Virus record (IMG/VR): IMGVR_UViG_3300032326_001267
DNA length: 20,000 nt
Strand: one strand, 5' to 3'
DNA from: an uncultured virus (IMG/VR IMGVR_UViG_3300032326_001267)
Taxonomy: Duplodnaviria > Heunggongvirae > Uroviricota > Caudoviricetes
The position numbers were made by a program, and so were the translations under genes. Positions 8,793-18,400 of the stretch are shown piece by piece (position 1 is the stretch's first letter; each line of letters starts with the position of its first letter). Under the pieces are notes generated by a model, which was not told the DNA's origin, did no database searches, and worked only from the letters and a program-made list of their open reading frames with translations.

Positions 8793-9487
8793 TAAATATT
8801 GATAGTATAGATATATTAAAACTCAAAGAACAGTTCAAAAATCACAATAGAATTATCATTAATAACTTTTTATTGAATGATTATGCTGAATCTTTATATG
8901 AATTTTATAATGAAAAAATGCCATCTAACTGGTGGCATGCGTCTTCTTATCCTTCTTTTACTAGAGGAGAAGCACATGAATTTATACCAGTAATAGATGA
9001 AAACTATCACACAATACAAATAAATAAGTCCTATTCAAATAAATGTTTGAATGATAACATCTACTCCTATTTCTTTTACAGAACAATGCCTCATGCTGAA
9101 GGATGTAATTGTACACACTGTTCTATCCACAACTTTTTATGTACGCCAAAAATGGCTAACATATTGAATGAAATCACAGATTTAAACATAGAAAAACCCA
9201 CAACAATATTTGCAAATAAATATACATCAGACTGTTTCTTGGCAACTCATACAGATGATGGAAACGGAAGACTGGCATTTGTTCTTCATTTAACAAAGAA
9301 CTGGAATCCATGTTGGGGTGGTCTTTACATGGATCATACAGACCCAAATAACATCAAAACAGTAATTCCAAGTTTTAATAAAATGGTAATGTTTAAAGTA
9401 GGAAATAATCAAACTCCACATAGTGTTAGCTGTGTAACTAACAATTTAACTAGAAAAAGAATATCAGTAACAGGATGGTTTAATTAA
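8789..9487 (+). CDS. 2OG-Fe(II) dioxygenase, prolyl-hydroxylase-like (Tpa1/OGFOD1/EGLN-like)
   Basis: HxD...H triad (FLATHTD ... TPHSVS), RxS 2OG-binding motif (RISVTGWF), LAFVLHLTKNWNPCWGGL and PSFNKMVMF. ATG at 8789 overlaps the upstream TGA. Confidence 0.88.
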   Translation: MINIDSIDILKLKEQFKNHNRIIINNFLLNDYAESLYEFYNEKMPSNWWHASSYPSFTRGEAHEFIPVIDENYHTIQINKSYSNKCLNDNIYSYFFYRTMPHAEGCNCTHCSIHNFLCTPKMANILNEITDLNIEKPTTIFANKYTSDCFLATHTDDGNGRLAFVLHLTKNWNPCWGGLYMDHTDPNNIKTVIPSFNKMVMFKVGNNQTPHSVSCVTNNLTRKRISVTGWFN

Positions 9488-9490
9488 AAT

Positions 9491-10570
9491 ATGAAAAATT
9501 TTTGTATATTAACATTGACACATGAATCAAAAAATAGACCATCTTACTTAAAAGAAACGGTTGATTCATTTTTGAATAATACTGAGTATGATGAAATAAT
9601 TGATTGGTTTATTTATATAAACAAATCAAATGAAGAATTTATTGTTACTTGTAATGAATTAATAGAAGAATATAAGGATAAAGTTGATTTCAAAATAGTA
9701 CATTCCAACGTAAATAATGGTGTAGGATATGGAATAAATAGACTGAATGAACTTGGTGCAGATTACACTTACAGTCTTTTCTTAGAAGGTGATTGGAAAT
9801 GTATGGCACCAGAAATAAGCGGTCAATCAAAAAGCTGGTTAAAAACAAGTTTAAAATTATTAGAGGAAAATAAAACTGTAGATGCTGTATTCTTAAGAAG
9901 ATATATAAATGATTATGAAAGTAGATCCACGGGAATATTAGGATATATGCATACAGAGGATTCTGTAGAACTTGAACTAGATGGATTGAAATATTTTATT
10001 GCTCCTATAGGTTCTTATACAAACAATCCGTTGATAAGAAGAAATAGTTCATTTTATAAGAAAAAAGTATTTCCACTTAAAGAATTTTTTGATGAAAACG
10101 GAAATCCTACAGAATTGAAGATAGACAATGAAATGTATCCAAACTGGGGAGCAGCAGAAATGGAAGCAGCGGCAGTATTACATTGCGGTCTTAATAATAA
10201 ATCAAATACAATGACGTATGCCTTTATCATGTGGGGCACTCATTGTCACATTGATCATCTAGGTGATTATGATCATGAAAATCAGTGTTTTTATGAAAAA
10301 GAAAACACAAAAGGTTGTAAAAAATATAAAAACGGACAATCTACATGTAAATTTGGATATTACAATATATCCCCTCATTTTTGTACATTGTGTAGTGCAG
10401 ATACAAAACCAATTAGTTTAGTACATCTATTTTCAATTGAATCTCAGATGTTGGATACATTAGAAATAAACAAAAATACATGGTCAGTTGATGAAAAAGT
10501 TGACTTTGTTAAAAATTATATAAAAAATGCTGAATTAAATGCGGAGAATTTTACTAAGTATTTTATATGA
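9491..10570 (+). CDS. Putative GT-A fold glycosyltransferase with Cys-rich C-terminal region
   Basis: RPSYLKETVDSF, NNGVGYGIN, YSLFLEGDW (ExD variant), YTNNP; C-terminal C-x9-C...CxxC. Confidence 0.6.
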   Translation: MKNFCILTLTHESKNRPSYLKETVDSFLNNTEYDEIIDWFIYINKSNEEFIVTCNELIEEYKDKVDFKIVHSNVNNGVGYGINRLNELGADYTYSLFLEGDWKCMAPEISGQSKSWLKTSLKLLEENKTVDAVFLRRYINDYESRSTGILGYMHTEDSVELELDGLKYFIAPIGSYTNNPLIRRNSSFYKKKVFPLKEFFDENGNPTELKIDNEMYPNWGAAEMEAAAVLHCGLNNKSNTMTYAFIMWGTHCHIDHLGDYDHENQCFYEKENTKGCKKYKNGQSTCKFGYYNISPHFCTLCSADTKPISLVHLFSIESQMLDTLEINKNTWSVDEKVDFVKNYIKNAELNAENFTKYFI

Positions 10571-11247
10571 TATCTTTTATAATTCCAACAATATGGAAAG
10601 CAGAAGAAATATATAAATCAATAGAACAATTTAAACGGATCAAAAATAAAAATGTTGAACTGATTATAGTTGACAATACCCACTCCAATTTTTATGATAG
10701 TGATCCAAGAATCACAGTTGTCAAATGTTCAAAAAATATATTTGTAAACCCAGCTTGGAACATTGGCGCAAGATTGGCCAGAAACAAATATATTTGTTTG
10801 TTAAATGATGATATATACTTTAATTATATCTCACTAATAAACTCTTTTCCTCTATTCATTGAATCATATCCCAATTTAGGATTGATAGGATTTAATTATC
10901 ATTTATTAAAAATTGACGGTGAATTAAATAATGATAATGATAAATTAGAATTATTTGATACTACCGGGACGGTACCATATGCATATGGATGTTGTTTGTT
11001 TCTAAAAAAAGATGATTATATACAAATTGATGAATCATACAAAATTTTCTATGGGGACACTCTTTTAATTGTATTTCTTATTGACAAACAAAAAAAGAGA
11101 ATGTATTATATAGACAATATAAAATGTATTGGAAGAATAAGTGTAAGTAGTGATCCTCATTCTGAGGAAATGAATGATGAATCTCCTCTTTTTTCTGTAC
11201 AATATCATAAATTAATAAAATATGGACCAGACTATTTCAAAAAATAG
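10567..11247 (+). CDS. GT2 glycosyltransferase
   Basis: MISFIIPTIW, ELIIVDN, NIFVNPAWNIGARLARNKYICLLNDDI, YGD. Confidence 0.88.
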   Translation: MISFIIPTIWKAEEIYKSIEQFKRIKNKNVELIIVDNTHSNFYDSDPRITVVKCSKNIFVNPAWNIGARLARNKYICLLNDDIYFNYISLINSFPLFIESYPNLGLIGFNYHLLKIDGELNNDNDKLELFDTTGTVPYAYGCCLFLKKDDYIQIDESYKIFYGDTLLIVFLIDKQKKRMYYIDNIKCIGRISVSSDPHSEEMNDESPLFSVQYHKLIKYGPDYFKK

Positions 11248-12463
11248 CAAAATAACAGTTTGTATATTTGGAAAACATATAGATGCGTTATTTTCAGAAA
11301 AAAATGCTCCTGAATATGAGGAGAATACATTTGAACTTTTAAATTATGAAAATGATCATCAATTAAATGATATCATAAAAAAGTATGATCCTCACGTTTA
11401 TATTACATTTGGTGATTGGCAACAATACAAATTGTTGTGTAATGCTCCATATGAAATAAGAAAAAGATGGATGAACTATCCGTCTGATGTAAATTTGGAT
11501 CAATTAGGAGTAGACGCATTAAATTGTTATATAAGTTCCACTTTTTGTTACAATACAAGTGATGGTGGACATCCATTAGTATCAGTGTTTACACCAGCAT
11601 ACAGATCTGCACAAAGAATATTTAGACCACTACAATCATTATTAGATCAAACTTACAAAAATTGGGAATGGGTTATCATAGATGATTCTGATGATAATGA
11701 TGTAACTTTTAACTTATTAAAAGAAATAAGTGAAATTGATCACAGAATAAAAGTATTCAAAAATGCAAGAAAATCTGGAAGTATAGGTGAATTAAAAAGA
11801 TGGGCAGCAGGTCTTTGTTCTGGTGAATATCTATGTGAATTGGACCATGATGATGAACTAACATCAAAATGTTTAGAATATGTAGTAAAAACATTTCAAA
11901 AATATCCTGAAGCAGGATTTGCATACACTGATTCAGCTGAAATATATGAAGATGATAAATCCAATGTCAAATATGAAGCGGGATTTTCACTTGGATATGG
12001 TAGTTACAGACAAGAAATTTACAACGGTAAAACATATGAAGTTGTAAACGGTCCAAAAATAAATCCAAAAACAATCAGACACATTGTTGGCGTTCCAAAT
12101 CACATAAGATCCTGGAGAAGAGATACCTATTTTAAAGTAAATGGTCATAACCCACATTTACATGTATGCGATGATTATGAATTGATTATAAAAACATTCC
12201 TCACCACAAAAATTGCATACATACCAAAATTAGGATATATTCAATACAGAAACAAAGACGGTAATACAACCGTTTCCAGAAATAAAGAAATTCAAAGATT
12301 AACCAGAATAATCAAAAATTCATATGACCATCTAATTCATAAAAAATTTGTGGAATTAGAAATCAATGACTTTTTATATGATGAAAAGACACAATCTTCA
12401 AATATAGATGGACCAAATCCACTATTTGAACAACATGTGTGTATCATCTCTGATGTTAATTAA
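11222..12463 (+). CDS. GT2 glycosyltransferase with N-terminal extension
   Basis: PLVSVFTPAY, SLLDQTYKNWEWVIIDDS, GEYLCELDHDDEL, CDDYEL. Confidence 0.9.
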   Translation: MDQTISKNSKITVCIFGKHIDALFSEKNAPEYEENTFELLNYENDHQLNDIIKKYDPHVYITFGDWQQYKLLCNAPYEIRKRWMNYPSDVNLDQLGVDALNCYISSTFCYNTSDGGHPLVSVFTPAYRSAQRIFRPLQSLLDQTYKNWEWVIIDDSDDNDVTFNLLKEISEIDHRIKVFKNARKSGSIGELKRWAAGLCSGEYLCELDHDDELTSKCLEYVVKTFQKYPEAGFAYTDSAEIYEDDKSNVKYEAGFSLGYGSYRQEIYNGKTYEVVNGPKINPKTIRHIVGVPNHIRSWRRDTYFKVNGHNPHLHVCDDYELIIKTFLTTKIAYIPKLGYIQYRNKDGNTTVSRNKEIQRLTRIIKNSYDHLIHKKFVELEINDFLYDEKTQSSNIDGPNPLFEQHVCIISDVN

Positions 12464-15400
12464 TTATTCTTTAATACTTTAATCTCTTCCTTTAAAGTAT
12501 CAACCTCAGTCTTTAATACTTCAATGTCTTCAATTGCTTTCTTCAAAGCACTCCACATTGTTGGTACAAAGCTCCACGTATCAAGACTTTGATATATAGG
12601 ATCTCCATTTTCATCAACTGCATTTTTTTCTCCAAATACAGCTTGTTTCAATCCACCATCTTGTACTTCATGTGCAATAAATCCAGATTCAACTTTCTGT
12701 AATGGATCATTTATACGTATGAACGTTTTTGGTTGAATGTTCTTAACAATTCCCCATCCATCATTATAATTTTGAATGTTGGTTTTTAATCTGTAGTCAG
12801 ATTGTGAACCTTGTGGACCAGCCGGACCTTGACGACCCTGTGGACCTTGTGGTCCAGCCACGTTACTAGGTGAACCACTTGATCCGCTTGTACCATTGAC
12901 ACCATTGACACCATTGACACCATTAACACCTGCTGGTCCTTGTGCGCCTTGTCTGCCTTGTGGACCTATGTTACCTGCTGGACCTTGTGGACCTGCTACG
13001 TTGCTTGAAACACCGCTTGATCCACTTGTACCGTTAACACCATTAACACCATTAACACCATTAACACCATTAACACCATTAACACCACTTGATCCACTTG
13101 TACCGTTAACACCATTAACACCATTAACACCATTAACACCATTAACACCACTTGATCCACTTGTACCGTTAACACCATTAACACCATTGTTGCCGTTAAC
13201 GCCTGCTGGTCCTTGTGCGCCTTGACGACCTTGCGGACCTGTGTTACCTGCTGGTCCTTGTGGACCAGCCACGTTACTAGGTGATCCGCTTGATCCGCTT
13301 GTACCACTGTTACCATTAACACCACTTGATCCGCTTGTACCATTGTTACCATTGATGCCGTTAATACCATTAACACCTGCTGGTCCTTGTGCGCCTTGTC
13401 TGCCTTGTGGACCTATGTTACCTGCCGGTCCTTGTGGACCGGCCACATTGCTTGGAGCACCACTTGATCCGCTTGTACCACTTGATCCACTTGTACCGTT
13501 GTTTCCGTTAATACCGTTGATGCCGTTTACACCATTTGTACCACTACTTCCACTTGTACCAGATTCACCCATTGGTCCAAATACACAGTTTGTTATACCA
13601 TTTGTGGATGATACTGTATAAAAACTTGAATCTAGATACAAAGCACTACCAATTGCTCTTGCTACTGTTCTTTGTACAACACCGTCTTTCCAATATCTAA
13701 TGTTTATACCATCATATGTAATTGATAATTGTGTAACTGATGTATAAGTGCCATAAGAACCTATGTCAGTTCCTGATTCATAAATTCTTAACCCGCCACC
13801 GGATTGAATATACCAACAATAATCAATACTAGCAAAACTTGCATCAAGTGTTGGATCTGTATTTAATCCAACCATTGTATACGTACCAGTATTAATTGCT
13901 TGGAATGCCATGTAACACCCTCTGGCATAACCTTCAGTAGAATATACTTGACCGTCCCACGTAGCGTTATTTCCTGTTGCTTTAACGAATGTATTTGAAT
14001 TTGTTCCGTAAGTTACACCACCACTAAAATTTGGAGTCCAATTACCTACACCTCTTGTTCCACTTGAACCAGATGTACCGCCTGGACCTATTGGACCTTG
14101 TGGTCCAGCTACGTTACTAGGTGATCCGCTTGATCCACTTGTTCCGCTTGATCCGCTTGTACCATTGTTACCATTGATGCCGTTGATGCCGTTAACACCC
14201 GCTGGGCCTTGTGCGCCTTGACGACCTTGCGGACCTGTGTTGCCTGCTGGTCCTTGTGGACCAGCTACGTTGCTTGGTGATCCGCTTGATCCACTTGTTC
14301 CGCTTGATCCGCTTGTACCATTGTTACCATTGATGCCGTTGATGCCATTAACACCTGCTGGACCTTGTGCGCCTTGACGACCTTGTGGACCTGTGTTACC
14401 TGCTGGTCCTTGCGGTCCAGCCACGTTACTTGGAGCACCACTACTTCCACTTGTTCCGCTTGATCCACTTGTTCCACCTGGACCTATTGGTCCTTGCGGT
14501 CCAGCCACGTTACTTGGAGCACCACTACTTCCACTTGTTCCGCTTGATCCGCTTGTACCTGATGAACCTGATGTACCTGCTGCGGTTGCAGTAGATTTAT
14601 AAACAATACCGTTAGTGTCAATTGTTAAAAATGTACCAGTTGAAAGAGTAGCTAGACCGTCAATTTCAACTGAACCAGAAACATGCAATCTAGCTGCTGG
14701 TCTTGATGTACCAATACCAACACTGCTGCCTGTTATAACAAATGCGTTTGAATTGAATGTACCACCAACCACTCTGTTGTCACTGAAGACTTCAAGAATT
14801 GGTAAACCTGATATATCATTTACACTGAATAGTGAACCGCTTAAACTGTCATCTACAGCAAATAGTGATCCACTGGTACCTTCTACTCTAAATACAATTG
14901 ATCCAGCAGCAAGTGAACCACTACTGTTTACATTCAATTTAGCATTTGGATTTGTTGTGCCTATACCTACGTTACCACCGTATGGTTGTAAATGAATTTG
15001 ACCATTATTTGCACCTGATGATATTGTTTGCCATTGAAATGTGGCTGTTGAGAGTCTTCTTATATAAGACATATCAGTGTTACTTGCACCAAATGAAAGT
15101 GCAACTCCACTGCTTAATACTGTTAACTGTGCATTCCCTCCAGTTGTAAATTGGCTTGAATTATTTATAACAACATAACCATCTGCGGTAAATCTAATTG
15201 TTTCAGCCCAAGCACTAGGAAAATATCTGCCTATACCCATTGCAGATCCACCAACTCTTGTGATTGCTAAATCTCTACTATTTGCAGTGTCTCCTAAATA
15301 TAAAGCAGTACCAGTTCCAACTGCACCTGTACTTCCAAATGTTAGAAGATTACCTGATATTGTTATTTTTTCTCCAGCTGCAGTTGTACCAATACCAATA

Positions 15401-18400
15401 TTACCAGATGAGTTAATTCGCATTGCTTCTACAATTGCACTGGTTGATCTAGTAGTTCCTAATGCTAAATATCCATTCCAAGTACCTCCAGATTCTTTTG
15501 CTCCTTGAATTTTTCCAAACACATATGGGGTTGTACCTTGAGCGTTTTCTCCACCTAGTGCAATCGACCCGCCCATATCAGTTGTACTAACATTAGTAGT
15601 AAACACATTGATGTTACCATACGCATCAAAAGTTCTATTTGCAGAGTGGACTGCAAATGATGTTAATGGGTTTGTCGTTCCTATCCCAACGTTACCACCG
15701 TTTGGGTTTAATAATAATGGATAATTAGCGGCTAAACTGGTTTCATCAGTAGATTGCAACCAAGCTCCAGCACCACCAGACCTCATACCAATATCTAATA
15801 CTGCATTATCAGTGGTATTACTTAATCTTACCATACCACCTTGAGCAGTACCTGAAGTAGCAGGATTACCTACAACACCATCTAAATGAAATTTCTGAAC
15901 TGGATTAGTTGTACCTACACCTACATTGCCTGACGTTGGTACCAACAATAAGTTTCTGTTACCGCTTACTTGTAAAAATGTTTGAAATGAATTATTTGCA
16001 GATCCATTTCCTGTTGCCATGTATAAATTATCACCGTTATGACCAATTGCCCAGCTGTCACCTAAGCCAGCATTACCGCCAATTGCAGACGTTACTCCCC
16101 AACCACTTCCATCTGCAATTGCACCGGCAACTACTGCATTTGAATAAGCGTCTGGATCAATTGATGTATTGTTTGCCAAAATACTTGCGCCTACAACATG
16201 CAATCTTTGAGCTGCAATTATTGTACCAATACCAATACCACTTCCACTATCATAAAATTGAGTAGATGTATTACCAATTGTAGTTGCACTTGTAAACTTA
16301 ACTATATTGTTGGTAGTACCAGATACACTAACTGATGTGCCTGAACTACCACTTGTTCCGCTTGAACCACTAGTTCCACTTGAACCAGAAGTTCCTGAAC
16401 TACCACTAGTTCCACTTGAACCGGATGTACCTGCTGGACCTTGTGGTCCAGCCACGTTGCTTGGAGCACCACTAGATCCACTAGTACCGGAAGAACCGCT
16501 TGTTCCACCTGGACCTATTGGACCTTGTGGTCCGGCCACATTGCTTGGAGCACCACTGCTTCCACTGGTGCCACTTGAACCACTTGTACCGCCTGGACCT
16601 ATTGGACCTTGTGGACCAGCTACGTTGCTTGGAGCACCACTAGATCCACTAGTACCGGAAGAACCAGAAGTTCCTGAACTACCACTGGTTCCGCTTGAAC
16701 CAGATGTACCTGAACTACCGCTAGTACCACTTGACCCGCTTGTTCCGTTTGTTCCGCTTGAACCACTAGTACCTGATGAACCTGATGTACCTGATGAACC
16801 TGATGTACCTGCTGCGGTTGCAGTTGATTTATATACTACACCAGTAGTGTTATCTACAGTTAGATAATAACCCGTAGCATTTGTACTTAGACCGTCAATT
16901 TCAACTGAACCAGAAACATGCAATCTAGCTGCTGGTCTTGATGTACCAATACCAACTGAACTACCTGTTAATACCAATACATTTGAACCGTATGTACCTG
17001 CAACTATAGTATTATCACTAAATACTTCCAAAACAGGTATACCAGAAATTGTATTTACACTGAACAATGAACCGCTTAAATTATCAGTTACTTCAAATAA
17101 TGTACCACTAGAACCATCTGTTTTAAATACACTTAAATTGCTTCCACTACCATATACATTCAATTTACTAGTTGGTGTTATAGTGCCTATACCAACATTG
17201 TTGGATGAATCTATTGTGATTGATGGAGCCGCAGATCCATAACCCAAATGAATTTTACCTGTAGAATTTTGTTTAATTACTGCGTCACCAGCAACGGTAC
17301 CGGTAAAAAATTGATTTGCACCACCTACAACTCCAAATTCAAGTTCACTTGCAGTTCTACCAAGATATTGATATGCATATTGTCCGCTATTATTACTTAA
17401 TGTTGACAATCCAGGACTATTACCAGCAATAATTTGTAATTTTGAAGTTGGTACTGTTGTACCAATACCAACATTTGCACCTGAAAATACAAAATAACCT
17501 CCAGAACCACCAAGTTGATTGGCTCTGAAAACCATTGTGTTATAAGAATTTAAATAAGCAGTACTACTATTATCATATAAACTAAATATTTGATTGGTAG
17601 CTGTACCATAAAAATTCAAGAAATATCTATCTGTACCAGCAGTTACATTTGATATAAAAGCACCGTCAGTTGCAGTAATTGAACCTGATACATATAATTT
17701 GGTAGTACCACTTGTTGTGCCTATACCTAAATTACCATTACCATCAATACGCATTCTTTCACTCAATGAAGCTAAACTTCCAACAGCAACAGTTTGTGTT
17801 GGACCAGTATACCAACGATGAGTGCCTCCATCTTGGATATAAGCAGATCTTACAATACTTATTCCTGTTGAACTAAAAAATGAAGCAGCTGATGCAGTTG
17901 AAGGTGACACGCCATAACCTAAAAATGGACCACCGCTACTTTGTTCAGATCCAAATACAGTCAAACTTCCGTTATTATAATAGCCTTGAATTATTGTGTT
18001 TCCGCTTGTTGATGTAGTTGCACCAGCAGTAATTGAACCCAATACATGTAATTTATCAATTGGAACTGCTGTACCTATACCTAAATTACCACCATCTAAT
18101 AGAACCATTTTATTTAATCTACCACCACCACCAACTGATGTAACAGTACCAAAGTATAAATTTTGACCACTAGCCCAATCAAAGTAATTTATACCAGTAG
18201 TTCTGTATAATCTTAATGCCGCATTATCACCTTCAAGTTGCAATTCACCTGCACTTATTCTAGTTGATCCGCTTACGTTTAATATAGTAGCAGGACTTGC
18301 AGTTCCTATACCAACACTTCCATTATCAAGATTAACTATTGATCCAGTGGTTATTGTTGTTGTGCTATTAAATTTAGCAACATAGTTTGTCAATCCTGAT

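Noticed and set aside
883..10239. Short antisense ORFs (883, 995, 1462, 3436, 4149, 4210, 5049, 7720, 8453, 10054)
   Set aside because: Each is fully overlapped by a motif-bearing gene on the opposite strand and has no recognisable features.
3110..12463. Bacterial LPS/capsule locus or DNA hypermodification cluster
   Set aside because: There are no flippase, polymerase, export or membrane proteins and the flanks are phage structural genes. No base hydroxymethylase or TET/JBP-like gene is seen, and the context favours protein substrates, though this is not excluded experimentally.
13016..13190. Repeat-spacer-like pattern resembling a CRISPR array
   Set aside because: The intervening sequences are themselves 9-nt tandem repeats and the whole array is in-frame coding; there are no unique spacers or cas genes.
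14653..16956. Diversity-generating retroelement TR/VR pair
   Set aside because: The duplicated core is identical with no adenine-specific mismatches, both copies are mid-gene, and no reverse transcriptase is in the window.
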